From: a bacterium
GTDB lineage: Bacteria > Vulcanimicrobiota > JABDET01
Assembly (NCBI GenBank): GCA_021800275.1
Contig: JAJYZB010000003.1
Location: 680-64,679, forward strand
Direction of reading: 5' to 3'
DNA length: 64,000 bases
Below, one piece after another: positions 30,370 through 39,436 of the stretch. Below the pieces are notes generated by a model, which was not told where the DNA came from, ran no database searches, and worked only from the letters and a program-made list of their open reading frames with translations. The position numbers were made by a program, and so were the translations under genes. Numbering within the stretch: the stretch's first letter is position 1; each line of letters begins with the position of its first letter.

Positions 30370-31842
30370 TCAATAAAAGTTAGTTTTTCTGCTGGAACCC
30401 GTATAGTCCACATAAACTGCTTTCCATTCTGTAAAAAAGTCAAGCGCTTGTTTTCCCATCTCACGCCCCCCCATTCCCGAGTTTTTCATTCCACCAAAAG
30501 GGACCTGAGCTTCTCCACCAATTGTCGCGGAATTAATATGCACCATTCCCACTTCAATCTCGTCAATAAACTCAAAAACTTTTTCTGCATCTTGAGTAAA
30601 TATCGAAGCAGACAGCCCATATTCTACTCCATTTGCCAGCTTAAGAGCATCAGATAAATTTTTAGCCGATAAAACAGAAAGGACAGGTCCAAAAACCTCT
30701 TCTTTTGCTATTCTCATGTCAGAGGTTACATGAGAAAAAACGGTAGATTCAACATAAAATCCTTTCAGATGTTTAGAGTCTTTTAAGCGGTGTCCCCCAC
30801 AAACTAATTTTCCTCCTTCGTTTTTCCCTACTTCAATATACTGCAGCACTTTTTTAAGTTGATTTTCATCTACACAGGGTCCCAGACTGTCAGACATTAG
30901 TTTCGCTTTTTCTACGATTTTCTGCGTGAATTGTTCAAGCGCAGATTCTTCTACAATCACTCTACTGGTTGCTGTACACCTCTGTCCTGTTGAGCCAAAA
31001 GCCCCAAGCGCAGCGGCTGAAGCAGCCAGATCCAAATCGGCATCATTAAGAACAATGACCGCATTCTTACCTCCCATTTCCAGTTGAATAGGCTTGCCAT
31101 GCTGCCCTGCAAGTGCCTGCAGTTTTCTTCCTGTTTCAGTTGAACCAGTAAAAGAAACTGCTTTTACTTCTGGGGCTTTAACCAACGCATCTCCTATCAC
31201 AGAACCTGAGCCAGTAATGCAGTTAACAACTCCTGCAGGAAAATCTGCTTCTCGGAACGCTTCCATCAAAAGCACTGCAGTCCAAGGAGTTAGACTGGAA
31301 GGCTTTAAAACAACTGTATTCCCACAAATCAAAGAGGCAGCCATCTTCCAGATTGGAATGCTGACAGGGAAATTCCACGGAGTAATCAATGCCACAACTC
31401 CCAATGGCTCTCTACGGGTATAAATAAAATTTTTAGGCAGCTCAGATGGGATCGTCTCTCCATAGAATCTTCTCCCTTCGCCTGCAAAAAATTCTAAAGT
31501 ATTCAGGGCTTTATTGACTTCTCCCAAAGATTCTTGAAAAGATTTGCCTTCTTCCCGAGTTAAGGCTTCTGACACTTCTTCTTTCCTTTTCTCCAAAATC
31601 TGCATAACCTTCACCAGCAGTTTTCCTCGGTTAGGAGCTGGGAGTCTTTTCCAATCATAAAAAGCTTTTTCCGCCGATTCAACGGCATTCTTCACATCTT
31701 CAAAAGAAGATTCTTGAAAATAACCAAGTATTTCTTCAGCGTTGGCAGGATTGATGTTGGGTTTTATTTTCCCACTGGTAGATGGAACCCATTTTCCTCC
31801 AATGAAATTCCCCCACGTTTTCAATTCAAGCTTAACAGACAT
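30370..31842 (-). CDS. NAD(P)-dependent aldehyde dehydrogenase
   Basis: ALDH motifs FTGSTETGRKL, LEMGGKNAVIV, catalytic Cys in GQRCTA; ATG at 31842 with AAAAGGAGA RBS (track start at 31896 is an extension). Confidence 0.85.
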   Translation of the reverse strand: MSVKLELKTWGNFIGGKWVPSTSGKIKPNINPANAEEILGYFQESSFEDVKNAVESAEKAFYDWKRLPAPNRGKLLVKVMQILEKRKEEVSEALTREEGKSFQESLGEVNKALNTLEFFAGEGRRFYGETIPSELPKNFIYTRREPLGVVALITPWNFPVSIPIWKMAASLICGNTVVLKPSSLTPWTAVLLMEAFREADFPAGVVNCITGSGSVIGDALVKAPEVKAVSFTGSTETGRKLQALAGQHGKPIQLEMGGKNAVIVLNDADLDLAASAAALGAFGSTGQRCTATSRVIVEESALEQFTQKIVEKAKLMSDSLGPCVDENQLKKVLQYIEVGKNEGGKLVCGGHRLKDSKHLKGFYVESTVFSHVTSDMRIAKEEVFGPVLSVLSAKNLSDALKLANGVEYGLSASIFTQDAEKVFEFIDEIEVGMVHINSATIGGEAQVPFGGMKNSGMGGREMGKQALDFFTEWKAVYVDYTGSSRKTNFY

Positions 31843-31910
31843 AACTGTCTCCTTTTTCAAGGTGGGATTCAATCTGTCAGCTGCAAGCCACCTCAAAAAA
31901 TCTTAATAAC

Positions 31911-33212
31911 TTACACCTTTATCTCTTTTAAAACCGAGTCGAAAATTTGAACTGCCAAATCCACATCCTCTTTTGTAATTCTGAGAGGAGGGGTAATCCG
32001 AATCACATTTCCATCCAGTCCACCTTTTCCAACAAGCAGTCCTTTGTCTTTGCAGAATTCCATGAACTGTTTAGTTTCTTTAATGGCGGGCTCTTTTGTT
32101 TTTCGATCTTTGACAAATTCTAGTCCGAGCATTAAACCCATTCCACGAATGTCACCTATTAGTTGAAACTTATCTTTTAATTCAACCAGCTTGTCTTTAA
32201 AATAGGCGCCAATTTTTGCCGCATTTTCTTTCAAACCCTCTTTTTCAATCACTTCAATACTGGCTAAAGCGCCTGTAGAACAAATTGGATTGCCTCCGAA
32301 AGTATTGAAATGCTGCCCCGGTCCCAATTTTGCGGCAATTTCAGGCTTTGTAATAAAACCACCGATCGGCAGTCCATTTCCCATGCCTTTTGCCATTGTC
32401 ATAATATCAGGGGTAATTCCCCACTGCTCAATCCCAAACCATTTGTTACCTGTTCTCCCAAACCCGGTCTGCACCTCATCTGAAATGAACAACCCGCCAT
32501 ATTTTTTCACAATCACATGCACTTCTTTAAAATACTCGGGGGGAGGAGTAATCACGCCTCCATTTCCTTGAATGGGTTCAGCAATAAAAGCGGCTATTTT
32601 ACCTGGAGTAGCGGCGCGAATCACATTTTCCACATCTTTCGCGCACTCCAGACTGCAGGATGGGTAGGTTTTTCCAAAAGGACAACGATAACAGTAAGCG
32701 CTGGAAACAAACTGGACGCCGGCAACATAAGGTCCTCCAATTCTCCAATTGTACTGCCCTGTTAAACTCATGGACATCATGCTTCTGCCATGGAATGAAT
32801 TACGAAGAGCGATAAAATCTTGAGAACCAGTGGCCATTTTGGACAAAAGGGCTGCCCCTTCATTGGCTTCTGTGCCGCTGTTTGTAATAAAAGACTGTTT
32901 TAAATCACCCGGCGTAATTTCTGCCAACTTCATGGCAAGTCTTACAATGGGTTCTGTAACATACATTGTTGTGGTATGCTGCAGGGTATCAATTTGCTCT
33001 TTAAGTCTTTTTGCTATCTCAGGATGGCAGTGACCCGCATTCACAGTCACAATACCCGCAAACATGTCCAGATATTTTTTCCCCTCTGTATCCCAAACAT
33101 ACTGCATTGAACCTTTTGCAATCACGGGCGGATTTTCATAATAATGAGAAACAGAAGGCATTAAAAATTCCTTTCGTTTTTCTAAAATTTCATTTTTTTC
33201 AAGGGTTTTCAT
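31911..33212 (-). CDS. class III aminotransferase (AGXT2 / beta-alanine-pyruvate / omega-amino acid type)
   Basis: PLP-AT class III motifs (FISDEVQTGFGRTG, TMAKGMGNGLPIGG); shares a C-terminal segment (EFVKDRKTKEPA) with the 5034..6347 paralog; 14-nt gap to the downstream aldehyde dehydrogenase. Confidence 0.8.
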   Translation of the reverse strand: MKTLEKNEILEKRKEFLMPSVSHYYENPPVIAKGSMQYVWDTEGKKYLDMFAGIVTVNAGHCHPEIAKRLKEQIDTLQHTTTMYVTEPIVRLAMKLAEITPGDLKQSFITNSGTEANEGAALLSKMATGSQDFIALRNSFHGRSMMSMSLTGQYNWRIGGPYVAGVQFVSSAYCYRCPFGKTYPSCSLECAKDVENVIRAATPGKIAAFIAEPIQGNGGVITPPPEYFKEVHVIVKKYGGLFISDEVQTGFGRTGNKWFGIEQWGITPDIMTMAKGMGNGLPIGGFITKPEIAAKLGPGQHFNTFGGNPICSTGALASIEVIEKEGLKENAAKIGAYFKDKLVELKDKFQLIGDIRGMGLMLGLEFVKDRKTKEPAIKETKQFMEFCKDKGLLVGKGGLDGNVIRITPPLRITKEDVDLAVQIFDSVLKEIKV

Positions 33213-33368
33213 GATTTCCTCCTTCTCGTTGGCTTTGCCGAAGACTGATAAACAATTTCAGAAACCATCTCATTAAAATCGGCTAGCACGGCGTATTATG
33301 CTCTTAAATTCTCTGGAAAAGATCTGTTTCCTGCGCCCAGCATAATGTCCGAGCGTAATCGCTTAGAT

Positions 33369-33391
33369 AATCGGCTCTGTGGGAGCCGATT
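33369..33391 (-). terminator. stable hairpin (9-bp stem AAUCGGCUC/GAGCCGAUU, 5-nt loop) overlapping the fliA stop codon; no U-tract
   Basis: Perfect inverted repeat read directly from the sequence at the 3' end of the flagellar operon; the missing U-run makes its role as an intrinsic terminator uncertain. Confidence 0.35.
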
Positions 33392-34136
33392 ATGACATAA
33401 AACTTCCTTCTAACAATGTCCCAATGACTTCATCGCTTCCAACATGAAGCGCATCCCGCAGTTTTCTTATAATCCTCACATGCAGCTGTGAAACACGCTG
33501 CTTAGAAATACTCATTTCAGAAGCAATCTCTTCAAAATTTTTCCCTTCAAAATAATAAAGAGTGATCAGGGTATTTTCCCGCTCAGGAAGAGTATCAATC
33601 GCATTTTTTAAAAGTTCCCTTTCTTCTTCAAATTCAAATTCTCTCACGGGCTCTTTTACATTCTTATCTTCAATTGTATCTATTAAACTTCTTTCTTCAT
33701 TTGGATCAAGGCTGGCAGGTTGATCCAGGGAGAGCAAATATTGAGTTCCTAAATCTGCGATTAACTCATAGACTTCCTGGGCAGAAATTTGAAGTTCAGA
33801 AGCCAGCTCTTCTTTAGTCCCTTCTCTGCCGTGAGCCACATGGAACTCTTCCATGGCTTTTCGAAGATCTCTGGTTTTAGTTCTTTTACGCTCAGGCATC
33901 CAATCCATAGACCTGAGTCCATTTAAAATGGCGCCGCGAATAACAGGGGTTGCATAAGTTTCAAACTTGACCCCTCTTTCAGGATCAAACTGTTCAGCAG
34001 CTTTCATTAAACCCATAACTCCATCACCCACAAGGTCGTCAAAATCAACCTGTTTTAAATTCTTTACAATCTTTGCGGCGACCTGACGGACAAGGGTAAA
34101 ATGCTTCTCAATAAGGGTATCTCGCTGTTCTTCCAT
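33390..34136 (-). CDS. fliA: flagellar RNA polymerase sigma factor (sigma-28, FliA/WhiG family)
   Basis: Sigma-70 region 2 (FDPERGVKFETYATPVIRGAILNGLR) and region 4 HTH (ISKQRVSQLHVRIIRKLR); terminal gene of a flagellar cluster. Confidence 0.8.
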   Translation of the reverse strand: MEEQRDTLIEKHFTLVRQVAAKIVKNLKQVDFDDLVGDGVMGLMKAAEQFDPERGVKFETYATPVIRGAILNGLRSMDWMPERKRTKTRDLRKAMEEFHVAHGREGTKEELASELQISAQEVYELIADLGTQYLLSLDQPASLDPNEERSLIDTIEDKNVKEPVREFEFEEERELLKNAIDTLPERENTLITLYYFEGKNFEEIASEMSISKQRVSQLHVRIIRKLRDALHVGSDEVIGTLLEGSFMS

Positions 34137-34217
34137 GGCTGAAAACTTGTTCTGCCCTCCAACTTGGAACCCCTCTCACAAACAGCAGAGATGGGTTTAA
34201 ATTTTTTTTAAGAAAAT

Positions 34218-34520
34218 CTATAGTTCTCCTTTCATCTGCTCATAAAGCATATGAGCCATACCTAGTCCTCCCTGCTGAGCCCATATTTTAGCTTTTTCCT
34301 GATCCAGCATGCTGTTCCACATGCTCCCACTGTTCCCCTGACCAAAAAGATGCGATTTAATTCCTGTCTGATCCATGGCTTTTAAAATTTGTTCTAAAAA
34401 AATCCCTTCAAAATCTTTACAAGCTTTCATCAATTGCTCGTCTTTTCGCTTTAAAGACTCAGAACCCGGGGATTTGACTGTATTCTTTTTAGCAGCAGCG
34501 CCAGAAATTGATTCAGTCAT
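34218..34520 (-). CDS. flagellar rod-binding protein (FlgJ N-terminal domain-like, no muramidase domain)
   Basis: ACKDFEGIFLEQILKAMDQTG matches the Rod_binding/FlgJ N-domain signature (A..FEA.FL..mlK.Mr). Confidence 0.6.
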   Translation of the reverse strand: MTESISGAAAKKNTVKSPGSESLKRKDEQLMKACKDFEGIFLEQILKAMDQTGIKSHLFGQGNSGSMWNSMLDQEKAKIWAQQGGLGMAHMLYEQMKGEL

Positions 34521-34523
34521 ACA

Positions 34524-34727
34524 TTACACTCCTTTCCCATTTTTTAAAGCGAACTGTTTTAACATGTTCATTTCTCCGAAAAGAGAATCTGTTTCAGCAG
34601 TTCCATCATAACCATCCACTTTTGAAGCGGGGTTTAAAGCTAAACTCGCGCGATTCTGAAGAAAATAAGAAATTTTCTTTGCGCTGTTAGCCGCTAAACT
34701 GCTTAAATTATTCCCATTCTCAGACAT
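34524..34727 (-). CDS. hypothetical small protein in flagellar operon
   Basis: 67-aa ORF tightly packed between flgG and the FlgJ-N-like gene; no recognisable motif (not an FlgM pattern). Confidence 0.3.
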   Translation of the reverse strand: MSENGNNLSSLAANSAKKISYFLQNRASLALNPASKVDGYDGTAETDSLFGEMNMLKQFALKNGKGV

Positions 34728-34740
34728 TTTTCACCTTATT

Positions 34741-35523
34741 TTACGCTGGAGTTAATTGGCTCGTAATGGAGAGCATGTTATTCGTAGCAGTCACAGCTTT
34801 GGCATTGAACTCATACGCTCTCTGAGCCATCACAATATCCATCATTTCCTGAATGATGTTCACGTTGGCTTTTTCAAGATAACCAGCTTTAACCATTCCA
34901 AAGCCATTTTCCCCTCCAGTTCCAACAATTTTTGGTCCTGAAACCGCAGTATCCATATAAACATCCCCCTGAGTCCGAAGCCCTGATGGATTTAAAAATC
35001 GAGCCAGTTGAATCTGTCCTAATTTAACTCTCTGCGTCTGATTCTTTAAATAGCCCGTAATGGTTCCATTATTTTCCACTTGAATTCCAGTCGCATCTTT
35101 AGGAATTTTAACCCCAACAAGTGGGTGTCCACCTGCTAAAAATTCCCCTTTATCATTCAGTTGAATCATGCCATCTCTCGTAAAACCTGTTTTTCCATCC
35201 GCGAGTTTAACTTCGAAAAATCCATTCCCATAAATCGCTAAATCCAATGGATTCCCTGTATGGTCATACTGCCCAGGAGTAAAAATCTTTTGAATGCTGG
35301 CAGCCCGCACTCCGGAGCCTTGTTCACTGGAAACTTGAACAGAATTTCCATAAGGGCCTACTGCTCCAGGTTCTTGAAGGGCGGTGTACATTAAATCCTG
35401 AAAATTAACCCTTCCCTTTTTGTATCCAATGGTATTTGTATTAGCCAGATTTTCAGAGATCTCATTCATATTGAGTTCTTGAGCGTACATTCCACTGGCT
35501 GCTGTATAAAGTGCTCTGAACAT
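34741..35523 (-). CDS. flgG: flagellar basal-body rod protein FlgG
   Basis: N-terminal MFRALYTAASGM rod/hook signature and C-terminal GYLEKANVNIIQEMMDIVMAQRAYE motif; ATG at 35523 with AAGGAGG RBS. Confidence 0.85.
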   Translation of the reverse strand: MFRALYTAASGMYAQELNMNEISENLANTNTIGYKKGRVNFQDLMYTALQEPGAVGPYGNSVQVSSEQGSGVRAASIQKIFTPGQYDHTGNPLDLAIYGNGFFEVKLADGKTGFTRDGMIQLNDKGEFLAGGHPLVGVKIPKDATGIQVENNGTITGYLKNQTQRVKLGQIQLARFLNPSGLRTQGDVYMDTAVSGPKIVGTGGENGFGMVKAGYLEKANVNIIQEMMDIVMAQRAYEFNAKAVTATNNMLSITSQLTPA

Positions 35524-35548
35524 AATTTTAATCCTCCTTCTCAATAAG

Positions 35549-36322
35549 TTAGAAATTCACTTGTGAAGTTTGAATCACTTGTTTTGCCATGTTGTCTTCC
35601 CCATGCAGCATTTTTGAATCAGCTTCAAAAGTTCTTAAAACTGTCAACATGGAAACCATGTCTTTAATGGCATTGACATTGGACATTTCTAAATATCCCT
35701 GCATTACTTTTGGTTTCTTTTCCGAAGGCCATGCCATCGGATTTATGGTTTTAAACCCATTAGTTCCAACCTGTTTCAAATCATTTTCATCCACCCAGGT
35801 GATCTTCAGTTTATCCACGGGTTTCCCGCTGACTGAAACCGTTCCATCCTGATTAACTTTAAAAGTTCCCCCTTTAATCTGGATGGGACCATGCTGCCCC
35901 AGAACCAATCCCCCATCCTGGGTAGCTAAAAAACCCTGTCCATTTACAGTAAAGCTTCCATCTCTTGTGTACTGCACACCTGTCGGGGTCTCAATAGTAA
36001 AAAATCCTTTTCCATCCAGAGCTAGATCAAAAGGCTGTCTGGTATGTTTCAACTGTCCTTGAGAAAACTGGGTAACACTTTTCATTAAAAGATGAACTCT
36101 TCCACTTAACTGCCCGCCAACCGGCACAAATCCTGCCTGGACCCCTTCTCCTCCATGAGCCATTGCAGTAGCATAAGCATCGCTAAAGCTGGAAAGCTGC
36201 AGATCATCCTGGTTAAATCCAGGAGTATTGGCATTTGCCAGATTATTGGAGAGAATGTTCTGCATTGCCTTCATGGCAATCATTCCCTGGGTGGCTTCTT
36301 CCATCCCTTTATAGAAAAACAT
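35549..36322 (-). CDS. flgF: flagellar basal-body rod protein (FlgF-like)
   Basis: N-terminal rod-protein heptads (MKAMQNILSNNLANANTPGF) and C-terminal GYLEMSNVNAIKDMVSMLTVLRTFE motif; immediately upstream of flgG. Confidence 0.7.
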   Translation of the reverse strand: MFFYKGMEEATQGMIAMKAMQNILSNNLANANTPGFNQDDLQLSSFSDAYATAMAHGGEGVQAGFVPVGGQLSGRVHLLMKSVTQFSQGQLKHTRQPFDLALDGKGFFTIETPTGVQYTRDGSFTVNGQGFLATQDGGLVLGQHGPIQIKGGTFKVNQDGTVSVSGKPVDKLKITWVDENDLKQVGTNGFKTINPMAWPSEKKPKVMQGYLEMSNVNAIKDMVSMLTVLRTFEADSKMLHGEDNMAKQVIQTSQVNF

Positions 36323-36606
36323 TATTTAACACCTCCGTTTTTTGTTTTCCATGATTCATCCAGACGATGAGCAAACCACAAAACTTCACTAACGAGATCG
36401 TATAATTCAGGCGGAATCTCAGCTTTACAGTTGAGAACAGCCATGCTGCTGACCAGAGATGGGTTTTCTTGGACAGGAATCTGATGGGCTTTTGCCAGTT
36501 CCATAATAGCTTCAGCCCTTTCTCCCTGACCTGAAGCTAAAATTTTAGGGGCTTTTTGTTCCCGAGGATCATATTGAATCGCAATGGCTGTTTTAGGCTC
36601 TTTCAT
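36322..36606 (-). CDS. FlhB C-terminal domain-like protein (EscU/YscU/FlhB autocleavage domain paralog)
   Basis: 94-aa protein matching the C-terminal domain of FlhB (PKILASGQGERAEAIMELAKAHQIPVQENPSLV...LYDLVSEVLWF). Confidence 0.65.
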   Translation of the reverse strand: MKEPKTAIAIQYDPREQKAPKILASGQGERAEAIMELAKAHQIPVQENPSLVSSMAVLNCKAEIPPELYDLVSEVLWFAHRLDESWKTKNGGVK

Positions 36607-36608
36607 AA

Positions 36609-37997
36609 TTATGCGCTCACACTCACTTTTTCAAGTTCCTCCCATTCTACTTCATGGGAAGGCCAAAAATCTTTCATTTGGGTTGAAACTCGCATGTATG
36701 AAACAGAATAATTCAGCTTTTCTAGAGATTCTTTAAGCCACTTTAAATGAGACTCTGCAAATGACTTTAAATGCTCTTCAACATAAAATTTTATATTAAC
36801 CGATCTTTTCAATATTTTAACTTCGCAGCCAATCTTCCCGAGATGGGGGGTTGTCATGGAAAATTCCAGTTTTGTTCTGTCGAGGTTCACTATTTTTTTG
36901 CCTGCTTGATTCTTTTCATACTGAATTTTCAGCTGCGCTGTCCCATTTCCAGCCAGAAAATAAACCGGAATCTGAAGATAAAGGAAACTTCCATTCCGAT
37001 TATCAGCATTGATAAGATGTTCTCCATTGAAAAAAGTCCCTAACTGAACCAGAAGGTCTGAAAGCTGCTGATTTTTACCATTTTGGCCGGCTTTTGCCAG
37101 TTCCCCAGTCAACTCTTGGAGAAGAGGCTGAAGAGAAGCTGCCGATTCTTTTTCTTTAATGCCCGCAAGAGCAACCAGATTGTCTAACCGATTTTTATTT
37201 TTCTGCTTCGTTTCTTTCTGAGGCTCCAGGAGATATTCAGCCAGAATCCCTGGGAGATAAGATAAAAGCTGACTGATTCTGCCATCTGCCCCTGGCATCT
37301 GGGCAAAACTCTGGAGCTGAGAAAGATAGCTTCCCAACTCAGGTTTTGTCTGGAAAAAATTTGAAAGAGTTTGAAGGTTTTCCTGGGTCGTTGGAAGTCC
37401 TGCATTTTGCAGAAAACTGAACGCTTGCATTGAACTTTTATCAGGATTTCCTCCTAACAAGCTCAAAATCGTGAATACATTCTCTTTTGTAACCGAAAGA
37501 CCAAACTTCATCATAACGCTCACAAGGTTTGCCGTTGTATCATTCACGGGAATTTTTAAAGAATTCAGTTGGGCAATCACATCTTCAAAACTCATAGGTT
37601 GAAATGCTAAAGAACGATTCAAAGTAAGGAGTTTTAAGGTCAGCATCTGGCCATTCAGAGCCAGCAGTTCCATTTGAAGCAGATCGCCAGGATTTAAAGG
37701 AAGAGTAGATTCTGCTAAAACCGTTTGACCTGAAACATTAACCAAAAATTTACCGCCTTGAGTCTGCTGCAGAACCTGACCATTGACCTGCTGCCCAATC
37801 TGAAGAGGCTGGCCTGGAGTTCCAGATTGAACTCCCTGGGGCTGAGACATAGGAGCTGAGGCTTGAGAGGCAGCTGTTGAAACCGTATTAAAAGCGCCAA
37901 TCCAGTTCTCAGCGGCTATAAATTGATTAGCCTCTGCCAGATTTACAACCGAAGAAAGCGAATTTAAGCTGCTCATCTCCTCTATATTATAGAGCAA
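36609..37997 (-). CDS. putative flagellar hook-length control protein (FliK-like), Gln/Pro-rich
   Basis: Position at the head of the flagellar operon; Q-rich low-complexity segment plus a segment resembling the Flg_hook domain (GQVLQQTQGGKFLVNVSGQTVLAESTLPLNPGDLLQMELL); weak. Confidence 0.4.
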   Translation of the reverse strand: MLYNIEEMSSLNSLSSVVNLAEANQFIAAENWIGAFNTVSTAASQASAPMSQPQGVQSGTPGQPLQIGQQVNGQVLQQTQGGKFLVNVSGQTVLAESTLPLNPGDLLQMELLALNGQMLTLKLLTLNRSLAFQPMSFEDVIAQLNSLKIPVNDTTANLVSVMMKFGLSVTKENVFTILSLLGGNPDKSSMQAFSFLQNAGLPTTQENLQTLSNFFQTKPELGSYLSQLQSFAQMPGADGRISQLLSYLPGILAEYLLEPQKETKQKNKNRLDNLVALAGIKEKESAASLQPLLQELTGELAKAGQNGKNQQLSDLLVQLGTFFNGEHLINADNRNGSFLYLQIPVYFLAGNGTAQLKIQYEKNQAGKKIVNLDRTKLEFSMTTPHLGKIGCEVKILKRSVNIKFYVEEHLKSFAESHLKWLKESLEKLNYSVSYMRVSTQMKDFWPSHEVEWEELEKVSVSA

Positions 37998-38209
37998 GCA
38001 GTTTAAAAGATTATAAACAGAATGTTAACAAATTGTAAACATTCGAACTTTTTTATGGAATTTTAGCGCAAGTACAGTGCTGCCATAAAACATTTTTGGA
38101 GGAAATCCGATGAGGCTCAATAAAATCATATATAATATGAGCTGCTGCATCTCACATCAAAGGCAGAGGATTAAAAATATGCGCACAAGCATTTCTTCAA
38201 TCTTTTAAC

Positions 38210-39211
38210 TTGAAAGTTCTAAACCTGCTTCCTGAAAGCATAGGTGACTTTCTATTGGTTTCTCCCAGTTTAAATTCTGTGGAACAACATTTTAAAAATG
38301 AAGAAATCATCTGGTGGATTCCTGAATCCCTTTCTGAAGTTTCTAAATTGATCTCCTCAAAAGCAGTGAAAAAATTCTTTTCCTTTGAGAAAAATGGAAC
38401 TTTCAAAAATAAAGAAATTTTTAAAAGCTTAAAATCCAGCAGTCGAACTATTGATATCACCCTATGCTTTCCCCCAGCCGTGAAATATTATCGATTAGCG
38501 CGCAAAATAGGAACCCGAATAAGAGCGGGATACAGCCATGAAGACATGCTGATTTCCAGAGTAGTCAGCAAAATTTATTTAACCCATCACTGGATCTGTC
38601 CTTCCAACTCGAAAATCCATGAACTAGAAGCTTATGGACAAATATTAACTCTCTTGAAAATCCCCTTTATCCCCTCATTTCCTGAGCTGACCCTTTCAGA
38701 GAACTCTTTCGTCTGGTCTAAAAACTGGCTTCAAAAAGCCTCTCAGTCTTCCTCACCCAAAATTATCTCTGTTCATTTAGGATCACGATGGGTTGAAAAT
38801 CCTCTTATTCATCTCCGTCAATTCTTGAAAAACCACGCTGATTTCTTCCTCCTCATTCTATTCTCCCAGCAGGAAGAGAAAAAAGCAAGGGGCTGGATCA
38901 CTGAATTCGAAAGATTTTCTGAAACTGGAATGAAAAAAATCTTGATTCCTGGAGTTATTTCTCTTGAACAGTACGCCGCTTTTTTAAAATTGAGCCAGAT
39001 GTTAATAGCAGTGGATGGAGGACCTGTTCATCTGGCTTCCGCTTTAAAAACACCTATCCTTGTTTTTTACCCTGACGATCAATTTGAATTCAGAGCTGCG
39101 AAATGGCATCCCTGGGGGACCTCTTATAAAGCTGCCCCTCTTACAAAAAAAGAGATAAACTCTCTTTCAAAAACGGTTCAAGAGTTTGCTTTCCTATCTG
39201 AAACCACCTAA
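38210..39211 (+). CDS. glycosyltransferase family 9 (ADP-heptose:LPS heptosyltransferase-like)
   Basis: N-terminal MKVLNLLPESIGDFLLVSPSL (GT9 KIL.I...GD.L..P. pattern) and C-terminal VDGGPVHLASALKTPILVFY (ND.G.MHLAAA.G.P). Confidence 0.65.
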   Translation: MKVLNLLPESIGDFLLVSPSLNSVEQHFKNEEIIWWIPESLSEVSKLISSKAVKKFFSFEKNGTFKNKEIFKSLKSSSRTIDITLCFPPAVKYYRLARKIGTRIRAGYSHEDMLISRVVSKIYLTHHWICPSNSKIHELEAYGQILTLLKIPFIPSFPELTLSENSFVWSKNWLQKASQSSSPKIISVHLGSRWVENPLIHLRQFLKNHADFFLLILFSQQEEKKARGWITEFERFSETGMKKILIPGVISLEQYAAFLKLSQMLIAVDGGPVHLASALKTPILVFYPDDQFEFRAAKWHPWGTSYKAAPLTKKEINSLSKTVQEFAFLSETT

Positions 39212-39224
39212 ACTTCTCTATTCA

Positions 39225-39360
39225 TGGGGATCTGCGGGCATCCTAGAGAAGCCTTCCGCAAACAAGCCCGCACAGCCTAACTAATAGGCATAGTCTAACC
39301 AGTAGGATCAGGTGCTGCTTCAGCGCCACCCTTCAGCAAATCCGGTGAACTTTCATGAGT
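39225..39360. ncRNA. GC-rich island (about 55% GC in a ~38% GC genome) with several potential stems; candidate structured RNA of unassigned class
   Basis: Composition stands out from the flanks; stems such as UGCGGGC...GCCCGCA (39238-39244 / 39265-39271) and CCUA...UAGG; partial weak resemblances to SRP-RNA and TPP elements were not convincing. Confidence 0.2.
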
Positions 39361-39436
39361 AACTCGAACAAAATTTATCCTTAATTTTTAAAGTGATTAG
39401 GAGGCTGTATTCAGTTTTCGTCTAAAAGTTATACGA

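Noticed and set aside
39225-39360. Assignment of the GC-rich island as SRP RNA, TPP riboswitch, tmRNA or tRNA
   Set aside because: Only fragmentary motif matches (GAAGCAGC; ACCUGAUCC) without the flanking conserved elements (no GNRA-closed helix 8, no CUGAGA/GCGUAGGGA, no T-loop GTTCRANYC). It is too short for tmRNA or RNase P. Kept only as an unclassified candidate RNA.
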